This document shows, piece by piece, positions 46,702-56,575 of a stretch of 64,000 bases of DNA. Origin of the DNA: an uncultured delta proteobacterium. GTDB lineage: Bacteria > Desulfobacterota > Binatia > Binatales > Binataceae. The notes under the pieces were generated by a model. It saw only the letters and a program-made list of their open reading frames with translations. It was not told the origin of the DNA and did no database searches. Where the stretch lies: contig CAWJET010000001.1 of assembly GCA_963842085.1 (NCBI GenBank), forward strand, positions 2,784,001 to 2,848,000. The letters run 5' to 3'. Every line of letters starts with the position of its first letter. Position 1 is the stretch's first letter. Made by a program: the position numbers and the translations under genes.

Positions 46702-49653
46702 GTGAGGAATCAGATGCGCGAGGGACCGTCGATTTCCAGGCGATCATTCATCAAGCTGGCCGCAACTGCGGGCGCGGCGGCGGCGATCCCTGGCTGCGAG
46801 CCGGCCGCGCGCAAGCTGATCCCATACGTGGTGCCCGATGAGAACGTAGTCCCCGGGGTCCCGAGTTTTTTTGCGACGACGTGTGCGGAGTGCCCGGCGG
46901 GATGCGGCGTGGTGGCGCGAATCCGGGAAGGGCGGGTCGTCAAACTCGAGGGAAACCCCGCCGATCCGATCGGCCAAGGCACGTTGTGCGCGCGGGGGCA
47001 GGCGGCGCTGCAAGGCTTGTACAATCCGGACCGCCTGGCGCATCCGCAAATTCGCGGCGACAACGGCGCGCTGCGGACCGTGTCGTGGGACGAAGCGGAG
47101 AAAATGCTTGGTGACCGGCTGGCGGCGGCGTCGAAGGCGGGCAAGGATCGCGTCGCCTTCTTCGGTTCGCCGCATGGCCCGACTTTCAGGAAGATCGCAC
47201 TTGCGGTGGTGGGCGCTTACGGTTCATCGCGCGCGATATTTTACGAGGCGGTCAATAATGAACCGGCGCGGGTCGCGGCGAAGACCCTCTTTGGCCGGCG
47301 CGATCTGCCGGCCTATCGAATCGATCAGGCCGAAGTGCTGATTTCGTTCGGTGCGGATTTCCTCGAGACCTGGCAATCGCCGGTGGAACTGGCGCGCCAG
47401 TACGCGCTGTTCCGCGCGCCGCAGAAGCGGCGCGGCACGCTGACTATCGGCCGCGCGACCTACGTTGGCCCGCGGCTCAGCATGACGGCGTCCAAGTGCG
47501 ACGACTGGATCGCGACGGCTCCGGGGGTGCAGGCCGACGTTGCGTGGAGTGTGCTCAACGTCCTGGTCAAGCAGCGTTGGATTTCGCAGAACTCGGGCTT
47601 CGATCTCGACGCGCTGACCAGGGCGGTCGCGAATTTCGATCCGGCCGCCACCAGCACACGAACCGGCGTGCCGGTCGAGACTATTACCCGGCTGGGCGAG
47701 ATGTTCGGCAAGGCGGACGGCGCATTGGCGATTGCGGGCACCGACGATTCGTCGGCTCATCTGGCGGCGATGATCCTCAATGCGGTCACCGGCAACTTTG
47801 GCAGGACCGTAATGTTTTTCGAAGGCTCGCCGGCCGAAGAGACCAGCACGCCGGACGACGTGGACGCGGTGGTTGACGCGATGCGCGACGGCAATATCGA
47901 TGTGGCATTGGTCGCGGGCGGGAATCCGGTCTTCACGATGCCGCCGTCGGCGCGAATGGCCGAAGCGCTACAGAAAGTTCCATTCGTCGTGTGGGCGGGA
48001 GGCGTGCCGGACGAGACTGCGGCGATGGCGAATCTCATTTTGCCGGCGCATCATCCGCTCGAATCATGGCGCGACACTGCGCCGCGCGCGGGAATCCGGG
48101 GGCTGGGTCAGCCGGTGATGCAGCCGGTGTTCGAGAGCAAGGCGGTCGGCGACATCCTGCTGGCGGCGGCGGCGAAATCGTTGAGCGCGAAGCTTCCGTG
48201 GGCGACTACGGCGGAAGCGGTCAAAGCTGAGTGGCTCGCGTTGGCTCCCAAAGCGGACAAGGCGGATCCCGAAGATTTCTGGGTGAAGGTGCGGCGCGAA
48301 GGCGGCCTGTTCGAGGAACAGCATCTTTCGGCGCTCAGCCTCGACACGTCTGCGTTCAAGGCGCCGGTGCCGACGGCGGCCCAGTCCGAACTTTCCGTTT
48401 ACGCCTACCCGCACATCTTCCTTTACGACGGGCGCGGCGCGGACAAGCCGTGGCTGCAGGAATTGCCCGAGCCGGTCACCCAGATCGTGTGGGACAGCTG
48501 GGCCGAGATCCATCCGGAGACCGCGCGCCAGCTCGGCGTCGCCAAGGACGACATTATCGAGATCAAAACGGAGCACGGCGCGATCGAGGCGCCGGTGCTG
48601 GTCGAGAGCACGGTGCGTCCCGGCGTGATCGCGGTTCCGCTCGGGCAGGGGCATCGCGCGTACGGCCGCTATGCAAAAGACGTCGGCGCAAATGCGTGGG
48701 CGATAATGGCGGAGGGTGCGACCTATGCCGCCGCGACCGCGCGCGCGACCGGCAAGACGCGCACGCTCGTTTCGCCGCTCGGCAAGAGCGAGATGATGGG
48801 CCGTTCGATCATCGAGGCGATGAGTATCGAGCAGTTGGCGAACGGGGTGGTTCCCAAGAGCGAGGCGCAAGAGGTTACCGGGCCGTTCGAAATGTACCCG
48901 CGGTGGAAATATCCCACGCACAAGTGGGGCATGACCATCGACGTCAATGCGTGCACCGGTTGCAGCGCGTGCGTGACCGCGTGCTACGCGGAGAACAATG
49001 TTCCGTTTGTGGGCAAGCAAGGGGTTGATAACGGCCGAATCATGTCGTGGATCCGCATCGAGCGTTATTTCCCGGACGAAAAGGGCGCGGCGGAAGCGCC
49101 GCAACTCTACCTAGCGCCGATGCTGTGCCAGCAGTGCAATCACGCGCCGTGCGAGCCGGTCTGCCCGGTGTTCGCGTCGTATCACACCCGGGAAGGCCTC
49201 AATGGCCAGATTTACAATCGATGCGTCGGTACGCGCTATTGCGAAAACAACTGTCCGTACAAGGTGCGCCGATTCAACTGGTTCGTGCCGGAGTGGCCCG
49301 CGCCGCTCAACCTGCAACTCAATCCCGACGTGACGGTGCGCGGCGCCGGGGTGATGGAGAAATGCACGTTCTGCATCCAGCGCATTCAGTTCGGCGAGCT
49401 CAACGCGAAGACCGAGGATCGCCAGTTGCGCGACGGCGAGATCCTGACCGCGTGCCAGCAGACCTGCCCGACACGGGCAATCACGTTCGGCGACAGCGAC
49501 GATCCCGGCAGCGCAATGATGCGCCGGCGCGACGACAACAAGCTGCGCACCTATCGCGCGCTGGAAGAACTCAACACGCAACCGGCGATCACGTATCTGC
49601 GCTCTCTATCGCGAGAAAGGAAAGGCCTGAAGTGGCGGCGGCGCCGAAGGTAA
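46702..49653 (+). CDS. actB: Alternative complex III ActB (molybdopterin-oxidoreductase-like domain fused to an Fe-S domain), Tat lipoprotein
   Basis: SRRSFIK...IPG-C; DGRGADKPWLQELPEP; CTGCSACVTAC, CQQCNHAPCEPVC, CVGTRYCENNC, CTFC...CQQTC. Confidence 0.92.
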   Translation: MRNQMREGPSISRRSFIKLAATAGAAAAIPGCEPAARKLIPYVVPDENVVPGVPSFFATTCAECPAGCGVVARIREGRVVKLEGNPADPIGQGTLCARGQAALQGLYNPDRLAHPQIRGDNGALRTVSWDEAEKMLGDRLAAASKAGKDRVAFFGSPHGPTFRKIALAVVGAYGSSRAIFYEAVNNEPARVAAKTLFGRRDLPAYRIDQAEVLISFGADFLETWQSPVELARQYALFRAPQKRRGTLTIGRATYVGPRLSMTASKCDDWIATAPGVQADVAWSVLNVLVKQRWISQNSGFDLDALTRAVANFDPAATSTRTGVPVETITRLGEMFGKADGALAIAGTDDSSAHLAAMILNAVTGNFGRTVMFFEGSPAEETSTPDDVDAVVDAMRDGNIDVALVAGGNPVFTMPPSARMAEALQKVPFVVWAGGVPDETAAMANLILPAHHPLESWRDTAPRAGIRGLGQPVMQPVFESKAVGDILLAAAAKSLSAKLPWATTAEAVKAEWLALAPKADKADPEDFWVKVRREGGLFEEQHLSALSLDTSAFKAPVPTAAQSELSVYAYPHIFLYDGRGADKPWLQELPEPVTQIVWDSWAEIHPETARQLGVAKDDIIEIKTEHGAIEAPVLVESTVRPGVIAVPLGQGHRAYGRYAKDVGANAWAIMAEGATYAAATARATGKTRTLVSPLGKSEMMGRSIIEAMSIEQLANGVVPKSEAQEVTGPFEMYPRWKYPTHKWGMTIDVNACTGCSACVTACYAENNVPFVGKQGVDNGRIMSWIRIERYFPDEKGAAEAPQLYLAPMLCQQCNHAPCEPVCPVFASYHTREGLNGQIYNRCVGTRYCENNCPYKVRRFNWFVPEWPAPLNLQLNPDVTVRGAGVMEKCTFCIQRIQFGELNAKTEDRQLRDGEILTACQQTCPTRAITFGDSDDPGSAMMRRRDDNKLRTYRALEELNTQPAITYLRSLSRERKGLKWRRRRR

Positions 49654-50990
49654 TCGCAGAGCCGACGTTCCGCGACATCGACCGCAGCGTGCGGCGAGTG
49701 ATGGAACCGGCGGGCCTCGCGTACTGGGCGTGGATCGGCTTCTGCTTCACGCTGGTGGCGATCGCGGCGGCTTTGTGGTTGCGGCAGATCTATACCGGGC
49801 TGGGCGTGACGGGTCTTCGCCAGCCGGTGATGTGGGCGATCTACATTACCAACTTCGTTTTCTGGGTCGGGATCGCGCATTCGGGAACGTTGATCTCCGC
49901 GATTTTGTTCCTGTTCCGCACCAAGTGGCGCACCGCGGTTTATCGCGCCGCGGAGACGATGACGATATTCGCGGTCGCGACGGCGGGACTGTTCCCATTA
50001 GTCCATCTTGGCCGCGTGTGGTTTTTCTACTGGTTATTGCCATACCCCAATGAGCGATCGCTGCAACCCGATTTCCGCTCGCCATTGGTATGGGACGCTT
50101 TCGCAGTTAGTACCTATCTGACTATCAGCGCGCTGTTCTGGACGATGGGACTGATTCCCGACATCGCCAACGCGCGCGAGGCCGCGACCGGATGGCGCAA
50201 GAAGTTCTACACGGTGCTGGCGATGGGCTGGCAGGGAACCGACCGGCAGTGGCGGCATTACTCGATGGCGTACCTGCTGATGGCGGGCCTGGCGACTCCG
50301 CTGGTGATCTCGGTTCACTCGGTGGTGTCGTGGGACTTCGCGATGGCGCAACTGCCGGGCTGGCACAGCACGATCTTCGCGCCATACTTTGTCGCCGGCG
50401 CGATCTTTTCCGGCGTCGCGATGGTTATCACGCTGCTGGTCCCGATGCGCAAGCTGCTGGGCATCGAGGACCTGCTGACCGAGTGGCATTTCGACAATCT
50501 GGCGAAGGTCATCCTGCTGACCTCGCTGATCGTTTCGTACTCGTACATTACTGAAACGTTCATGGCCTGGTACTCGGGCGACAAGATCGAGCAGATGACG
50601 TTTCACATGCGCTACTTCGGGCCGTGGGGTCCGCTGTTCTGGGTAATGGTTTTGTGCAACTGCCTGATACCACTGTTGCTATTTTCACCGCGCATCCGGG
50701 TTAACCTGACGGCGCTCTGGATAATCTCAATTTTCGTGAACATCGGGATGTGGCTCGAGCGCTTCGTGATCATCGCGGGCTCGCTCCGGGTGAACTTCGA
50801 GCCTTCGCAGTGGGGCCCCTACCATCCGTCGATCACTGAAATCATGATCACGGTCGGCAGCTTCGCGTGGTTCGTGGGGCTGTTCTCTCTGTTCTCCAGG
50901 TTCCTGCCGATCTTCTCGATGACGGAACTCAAGGAAGGAATCGTCTGGCTGCGGAAGGCGCTGAAGATGGATCGGGTCAAAGCCGCATGA
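49632..50990 (+). CDS. actC: Alternative complex III quinol-binding NrfD-family subunit
   Basis: ITNFVFWVGIAHSGTLISAIL, HLGRVW, FRSPLVWD, SVHSVVSWDFA, WHSTIFAPYFVAGAIFSG. In-frame GTG 49632 taken as the start. Confidence 0.95.
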   Translation: MAAAPKVIAEPTFRDIDRSVRRVMEPAGLAYWAWIGFCFTLVAIAAALWLRQIYTGLGVTGLRQPVMWAIYITNFVFWVGIAHSGTLISAILFLFRTKWRTAVYRAAETMTIFAVATAGLFPLVHLGRVWFFYWLLPYPNERSLQPDFRSPLVWDAFAVSTYLTISALFWTMGLIPDIANAREAATGWRKKFYTVLAMGWQGTDRQWRHYSMAYLLMAGLATPLVISVHSVVSWDFAMAQLPGWHSTIFAPYFVAGAIFSGVAMVITLLVPMRKLLGIEDLLTEWHFDNLAKVILLTSLIVSYSYITETFMAWYSGDKIEQMTFHMRYFGPWGPLFWVMVLCNCLIPLLLFSPRIRVNLTALWIISIFVNIGMWLERFVIIAGSLRVNFEPSQWGPYHPSITEIMITVGSFAWFVGLFSLFSRFLPIFSMTELKEGIVWLRKALKMDRVKAA

Positions 50991-51499
50991 GCACGGTTGC
51001 GATCATAAGTTCGTTCGCGGATGACGCTCAATGCGCGCAAGCGATCGAGGAGCTGCGCGCGGCGCAGGTTGGCGACTTCAATACCTTCTCGCCGATACCG
51101 AGCCATCGGATCGAGCATGCAATCGGCCGGAAAAAGAGCCCGGTGCGGTGGCTGGTGCTGGCGGGTGGAATTTCAGGCGTTCTGACCGGGCTCGCGATCA
51201 CGATTGGAACGACTTACGAGTGGCGCCTCAATGCGGGCGGCAAGCCGCTGCTGTCGTGGCCGCCGTTCATCGTGATCTGCTTCGAATTGATGGTCCTGCT
51301 GGGCGGAATCTTCGGCTTCTTCGGAGTGCTGGGGCTTGCGGGTGTGCCCACGACCGAGTCGGCGCCAGGCTACGAGGGGCGCTTCGGCGAGGATCGATTC
51401 GGGATCGTGGTTCGATGCGACGAGGCGGAAGCGGAGCGCGTCGAGTCGATGCTGAAGGAATCGGGTGCGGAAGAGGTCATGCGTGAAGGTGTCCGGTAA
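50987..51499 (+). CDS. actD: Alternative complex III ActD (DUF3341)
   Basis: FSPIP, GGKPLLSWPPFIVICFEL, DRFGIVV, GAEEV; ATGA overlap with actC. Confidence 0.92.
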   Translation: MSTVAIISSFADDAQCAQAIEELRAAQVGDFNTFSPIPSHRIEHAIGRKKSPVRWLVLAGGISGVLTGLAITIGTTYEWRLNAGGKPLLSWPPFIVICFELMVLLGGIFGFFGVLGLAGVPTTESAPGYEGRFGEDRFGIVVRCDEAEAERVESMLKESGAEEVMREGVR

Positions 51500-51505
51500 A
51501 CCGCG

Positions 51506-52726
51506 ATGAGCACTAATCTTCAACCGGCGCATCGCGAGCGCGCAGAGACGAAGCCGCGGCCGGTGGAGTCGGTGGCCGGCGCGACAATGCAGACAGTCGC
51601 GGCCGCGATGATCGCGCTGGGTGCGATCGCGTTTGCGTTGGCGCTGACGCGGGGCGGCGCCGCTGTCGCATGGGAAGCCTATCTCGTCAACTTGCTGTTC
51701 TTCCTCGGCGTCGCGCAGGGTGCGCTGGTCGCATCCGCGGCGTTCTACCTGACGCAGGCGAAGTGGGGCGGTTCGACGCCGTATCGGCTCGGCGAGGCGT
51801 TCGCGCCATTTCTGTGGGTCGGATTTTTTCTGTTTTTTGGATTGTACTTCGGCCGCAGCCTGATTTTTCCGTGGGTGACGCATCCGATTCCGCAGAAGGC
51901 CGCGTGGCTGAACACTCCGTTTCTCTTCGCGCGCGATGGAATCGGGCTCGGCGCCATGGCTGCGGCGAGCTTCGCGTTTGTCCGCGTCTCGCGTGGCGAT
52001 GACGCACGGGCGTGGACGACTGCGACCGCCGACATCGAGTTGCCGCCGCATTCGATACGGGTGCTCGCTCCGCTGGTCGCGGTCCTGTTCGCGGTGGTCT
52101 ACTCGCTGATCGCATTCGATCTGGTCATGTCGCTCGCGCCGGTGTGGCGCAGCACACTTTTCGGCTGGTACTTTTTCGCCGGCGCATTCTGGAGCGGATT
52201 GACCGCGATGGCTCTCACAGCGGTCGTGTTGCGCGGCCGCCTGGGCGAGAACAACCTGTTCACCAATCCCGTCGTCATGCACGACTTCGGCAAGATGGTC
52301 TTCGCGTTCTCCGTGTTCTGGATATACCTGATGTTCGCGCAGTACATCGTGATCTGGTACGGCGACATCCCGGTCGAAACTTTCTTCATCGTTCAGCGGG
52401 TACATCATATGCCGTGGTCGCCGCTATCGGTGGCGTGCCTGGTGCTGATCTGGCTGATTCCGTTTACCGTGCTGATGAGCGTGCGGGCCAAGAAGGCGCC
52501 GGCGATTCTCGGCACAGTGGCCGGGCTGGGGCTGGTCGGGATGTGGCTCGAGCGTTACGTGCTGGTGGTGCCGTCGCTGTCGCTCGACGCGATCCCGTTT
52601 GGGCCGACGCAATTTCTGATCACGCTTGGTTTTTTGGGCGCATTTCTCATTTCGGCAGTGCCGGGACTGAACCGCGTCGCGCAGGCCGCGACCTCGGGCG
52701 AACCCGTCGGAGATGATCCGGAATGA
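51506..52726 (+). CDS. actF: Alternative complex III ActF (ActC paralog)
   Basis: FDLVMSLAPVWRSTLFG, HDFGKMVFAFSVFWIYLMFAQYIVIWYGDIPVET. Confidence 0.92.
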   Translation: MSTNLQPAHRERAETKPRPVESVAGATMQTVAAAMIALGAIAFALALTRGGAAVAWEAYLVNLLFFLGVAQGALVASAAFYLTQAKWGGSTPYRLGEAFAPFLWVGFFLFFGLYFGRSLIFPWVTHPIPQKAAWLNTPFLFARDGIGLGAMAAASFAFVRVSRGDDARAWTTATADIELPPHSIRVLAPLVAVLFAVVYSLIAFDLVMSLAPVWRSTLFGWYFFAGAFWSGLTAMALTAVVLRGRLGENNLFTNPVVMHDFGKMVFAFSVFWIYLMFAQYIVIWYGDIPVETFFIVQRVHHMPWSPLSVACLVLIWLIPFTVLMSVRAKKAPAILGTVAGLGLVGMWLERYVLVVPSLSLDAIPFGPTQFLITLGFLGAFLISAVPGLNRVAQAATSGEPVGDDPE

Positions 52727-53751
52727 TCCGGCGCGGTTCAAACAAGTATTCGATCGCCTCAGTAGCTATGCGAGTGGCTATTGCACTGACTATTGCGGGA
52801 TGCTCGGCGACGGACCGTCCGATGACAACGCTGGCGCCGAAATCGGACCTGGCGCAGTGGATTCACAGTCTCTTCATAGATGTGACGATCTGGGACGGGA
52901 TCATCCTGGCGATCGTGGTCGCCGCATTCATCCTCGCGGTGTTCGTCTTTTCTTCTCGCGTAGGCGAAGCGGCGCCACCCTCGACCGCGTCGTCCGACCT
53001 CGGCCTGGAAATAGCGTGGACGGTGGGCCCCGCGCTGGTGTTGTTGATGATCTCGGTGCCGACGATACGGACGATCTTTCGCTCGCAGCCGGCGGTTGCG
53101 CCTGCTGGAGCGCTGGAGATCAAAGTAGTCGCGCATCAATGGTGGTGGGAGTTCGACTATCCGGACGGCGTGAAGACCGGTAACGAACTGCATATCGCCG
53201 TCAACCGGCCGATTCGCCTGTCACTGGAATCGGCCGACATCATCCACAGCTTCTGGGTGCCGCAACTGGGCGGCAAACGCGACGTGGTGCCGGGCCAAAT
53301 CAATGAGCTGACATTCGTCGCGACGGTAACCGGAATGTATCCGGGGCAATGTGCCGAGTTTTGCGGCCTGTCGCATGCGAACATGCGCTTTCGAGTGTTC
53401 GTCGATTCGCCGGAAGGGTTCGCGATGTGGGACAAGGCGCAACTTGCCGGCCCGGTCGCGCCACCGGCGAGCGATCAGTTGGCGTCGGACGGCGCGAAGA
53501 TTTTCGCCGACAGTCCGTGCACGACCTGCCACATGATCAAGGGCGTCTCGAAGGGATATATCGGCCCTGACCTGACGCATTTCGGCAGCCGCACAACGCT
53601 GGCCGCCGGAGTGCTGAAGAACACGCCCGAGAACGTCGCCCAGTGGATCCAGGATCCGCAGGAAATCAAGCCGGGCGCGAATATGCCGGCGCTGCTGTTG
53701 CCAGGGCCAAAGATGAACGCCCTGGTCGCGTATCTCGAGAGTCTCAAATAG
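52723..53751 (+). CDS. coxB: Cytochrome c oxidase subunit II with fused cytochrome c (caa3 type)
   Basis: Lipobox IAG-C, 2 TM, HQWWWEF, CuA ligands HSFW...CAEFCGLSHANM, heme c CTTCH...MP. Confidence 0.96.
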   Translation: MIRRGSNKYSIASVAMRVAIALTIAGCSATDRPMTTLAPKSDLAQWIHSLFIDVTIWDGIILAIVVAAFILAVFVFSSRVGEAAPPSTASSDLGLEIAWTVGPALVLLMISVPTIRTIFRSQPAVAPAGALEIKVVAHQWWWEFDYPDGVKTGNELHIAVNRPIRLSLESADIIHSFWVPQLGGKRDVVPGQINELTFVATVTGMYPGQCAEFCGLSHANMRFRVFVDSPEGFAMWDKAQLAGPVAPPASDQLASDGAKIFADSPCTTCHMIKGVSKGYIGPDLTHFGSRTTLAAGVLKNTPENVAQWIQDPQEIKPGANMPALLLPGPKMNALVAYLESLK

Positions 53752-53761
53752 GGAGCGTCCA

Positions 53762-56236
53762 ATGGCCGCCCAGCCGAAACCATTGCCAGTGCGTCAGCCG
53801 AGCTACCTCGAAGGTGGCGGAATACTCGGATGGCTGACGACGATCGATCACAAGCGCGTCGCGGTCATGTACCTCGCCAGCGCGCTGTTCTTCATGGCGT
53901 TCGGCGGACTCGAAGCGATGGCGATTCGCGTACAGTTGTGGCGTCCCGACAATCACGCGCTGTCGGCGGCGACCTACAACGCATTTTTCACGATGCACGG
54001 GACGACGATGGTCTTCCTGGTCGTCATGCCGCTGCTGCTCGGCTTCATGGGCAACTTCCTGATCCCGCTGCAGATCGGCGCGCGCGACGTGGCGTTTCCG
54101 CGGCTCAACGCGCTGAGCTTCTGGCTCGCCCTGAGCGGAGGCATACTGCTCCATCTCGGCTGGATTCGCGGCGGACTTCCCGATGCGGGATGGTTCGGTT
54201 ATGCGAACCTGACCGAACGGTACTTCACGCCGGGCCTGGCGATCGACTGGTGGGTGATCGGGCTGCTGGTGTTAGGCACTTCGACCGTCCTTACGGGCCT
54301 GAACTTCCTGACGACGATCATTGCGATGCGCGCGCCGGGCATGACGTACATGCGGATGCCGATGTTCATCTGGGCGCAATTGGTGACGTCGATCCTGATC
54401 TTGATCGCGTTTCCCCCGCTCACGATCGGGCTGATCTTTCTGCTCTTCGATCGCTTCTTCGGCACGCATTTCTACATCGCGACGGCGGGCGCCACGCCCA
54501 TCCTGTGGCAGCATCTGTTCTGGCTGTTCGGTCATCCCGAAGTGTACATCATGGCGCTGCCGGCCTTTGGAGTCATCTCGGAAGTCATTCCGGCGTTTTC
54601 GCGCAAGCCGCTGTTCGGCTATCCGATGATGGCCTATTCGATTTGCCTGATCGCATTTCTGTCGTACGGCGTGTGGGGCCATCACATGTTCGCGACCGGG
54701 ATGGGCCCGGTTGCGGACTCGGCATTCGCGATCACCTCGATGCTCATCGCGATCCCGACCGGGGTGAAAATTTTCAGCTGGATCGCGACGGTCTGGGGCG
54801 GCTCGCTGCGCATGACGACCGCATTCTATTTCGCGCTTGGGATGATCCTCGAGTTCACGATCGGCGGACTCAGCGGAATCATGCACGCGTCGGCGCCGAT
54901 CGATCTTCAGCAGACGGACTCGTACTTTGTCGTCGCGCACTTTCACTACGTGCTGTTCGGCGGGGTGATGTTCGCGATCCTGGCGGGGTTCTATTACTGG
55001 TGGCCGAAGATAACCGGCCGCATGCTCGGCGAGCGGCTTGGCAAGTGGCAGTTCTGGGTAACGGTAGTCGGATTCAACCTTACGTTTTTCCCGATGCATT
55101 TTCTCGGGATGTGGGGGATGCCGCGGCGCACCTACACCTACGGCGCCGACCTGGGCTGGACGCAGCTCAACCAGCTCGAGACGATCGGCGCGTTCATTCT
55201 CGGCATCGCGTTCCTGCTTTTCTACTTCAATATTTTCAGGAGTCTCGCCAGTGGAGAGCAGGCGCCCGCGGATCCATGGGACGGACGCAGCCTCGAATGG
55301 TCCACGCCGTCGCCGCCGCCGGCGTACAACTTCGCGACCCTTCCGCAAATCCGCGGCCGCGACGCGTGGTGGGTTCTCAAGTACGGGCGCGCCGGCTCGC
55401 GCGGCGTTGCCGCCTACATGTCGGGGCAGGCGCCGTCGCAACCGCGGTCGGGCGAGCCGCCCTCCGTCGAGCACATCCACATGCCGGCGCCTTCGATCTT
55501 CCCGCTGGTACTGAGTCTTGGCGTCGGGATGATGGGCCTTGGTCTCATCATCGACTGGTACCGCATCGTGCTCATCGGCGCGGCGGACGTGGTCCTGTCG
55601 ATTATCGGGATGGGATTCGAGTACGCGAACTTCGGCGAAGAATCGCACGACCCCGAGCACGCGCCCTCGTCTGGTGGAATCGACGTGCGCAAGATCGGCA
55701 TCTGGTCGTTCATCGGCTCGGAGTGCGTGTTCTTCGCCAGCCTGATCTCGACCTTCATCGTTTACAAATCGCGCAGCGTTACCGGGCCGGGGCCGGAAAT
55801 CCTCAACATCCCGCTGACTTCGTTCAGCACCTTCATCCTGCTGATGAGTTCACTGCTGATGGTGCTGGCGCTGGCGGCCACCCAGCGCGGCGACAAGCTA
55901 TGGACGCGAATCTGGCTCGGCGGCACGGTCACGTTCGGGCTGATTTTTCTTTGCGGGCAGGTTTACGAGTTCACCAGCTTCTACCGCGAAGGCATGGGAC
56001 TGACGACCAACCTGTTCTCGCAGTCGTTCTTCGTCCTGGTCGGATTTCACGGTGCGCACGTTGCGATCGGAGTGATGTGGCTGTCGGTCCTGTTGATCGC
56101 GGCGATGACGGGCAAGCTCGGCAAGTCGCGCGCGCTGTCGGTCGAGCTCGCGGGACTTTACTGGCATTTCGTCGACGTCGTGTGGATCATCATATTTACT
56201 CTCGTCTATCTGATGCAGGCGGTGCCCGGAGCATGA
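53762..56236 (+). CDS. coxA: Cytochrome c oxidase subunit I fused to subunit III (A1 family)
   Basis: DHKRV, TMHG, GARDVAFPRLN (D-channel), GHPEVY, WGHHM, PTGVKIF (K-channel), AHFHY; C-terminal SECVFFASL...GFHGAHV...YWHFVDVVW (subunit III). Confidence 0.96.
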   Translation: MAAQPKPLPVRQPSYLEGGGILGWLTTIDHKRVAVMYLASALFFMAFGGLEAMAIRVQLWRPDNHALSAATYNAFFTMHGTTMVFLVVMPLLLGFMGNFLIPLQIGARDVAFPRLNALSFWLALSGGILLHLGWIRGGLPDAGWFGYANLTERYFTPGLAIDWWVIGLLVLGTSTVLTGLNFLTTIIAMRAPGMTYMRMPMFIWAQLVTSILILIAFPPLTIGLIFLLFDRFFGTHFYIATAGATPILWQHLFWLFGHPEVYIMALPAFGVISEVIPAFSRKPLFGYPMMAYSICLIAFLSYGVWGHHMFATGMGPVADSAFAITSMLIAIPTGVKIFSWIATVWGGSLRMTTAFYFALGMILEFTIGGLSGIMHASAPIDLQQTDSYFVVAHFHYVLFGGVMFAILAGFYYWWPKITGRMLGERLGKWQFWVTVVGFNLTFFPMHFLGMWGMPRRTYTYGADLGWTQLNQLETIGAFILGIAFLLFYFNIFRSLASGEQAPADPWDGRSLEWSTPSPPPAYNFATLPQIRGRDAWWVLKYGRAGSRGVAAYMSGQAPSQPRSGEPPSVEHIHMPAPSIFPLVLSLGVGMMGLGLIIDWYRIVLIGAADVVLSIIGMGFEYANFGEESHDPEHAPSSGGIDVRKIGIWSFIGSECVFFASLISTFIVYKSRSVTGPGPEILNIPLTSFSTFILLMSSLLMVLALAATQRGDKLWTRIWLGGTVTFGLIFLCGQVYEFTSFYREGMGLTTNLFSQSFFVLVGFHGAHVAIGVMWLSVLLIAAMTGKLGKSRALSVELAGLYWHFVDVVWIIIFTLVYLMQAVPGA

Positions 56237-56562
56237 GCGAGATTGCAGATACCCACGGCGGGCAGGTTCATCATCCCGGCGCGGCGACGTATCTGATCAT
56301 CGCCGCGTTCCTGGTGGTGTTGACGGCGATGGAGGTCACCGTGTTCTACCTGCACGCACTGCGTCCCGTGCTGGTGCCGGTATTGATCGTTCTGGCCGCG
56401 GCCAAGTTCGCATTGGTCGCGATGTTCTATATGCACTTGAAGTACGACGGATGGCTGCTGACGGGCGTGTTCATCTTCCCGCTGATGATGGCGACGCTCC
56501 TGCTGATCTCGCTGATCCTGCTCTTCGCGTATTTGTTGCATCACATGGCGCCGATCGGATAG
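56233..56562 (+). CDS. coxD: Cytochrome c oxidase subunit IV family
   Basis: ATG 56233 (ATGA overlap); YLIIAAFLVVLTAMEV...AKFALVAMFYMHLKYD. Confidence 0.9.
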   Translation: MSEIADTHGGQVHHPGAATYLIIAAFLVVLTAMEVTVFYLHALRPVLVPVLIVLAAAKFALVAMFYMHLKYDGWLLTGVFIFPLMMATLLLISLILLFAYLLHHMAPIG

Positions 56563-56575
56563 GGCAGTTTTGGCG

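Noticed and set aside
49047-49631. 195-aa N-terminal extension of ActC in the ORF track
   Set aside because: It overlaps the actB Fe-S domain out of frame; GTG 49632 with a purine-rich RBS gives a normal ActC.
46702-49653. ActB as a true nitrate, polysulfide or formate molybdoenzyme
   Set aside because: The fused Fe-S domain, the WLQELP motif and the actA/C/D/F context identify ACIII, and I could not identify a Mo ligand by eye. Only the FS0 motif is flagged.
53830-56232. 910-aa ORF suggesting a giant subunit IV fusion
   Set aside because: It is an alternate frame of coxI/III that stays open; only the last 109 aa from ATG 56233 look like a real protein.
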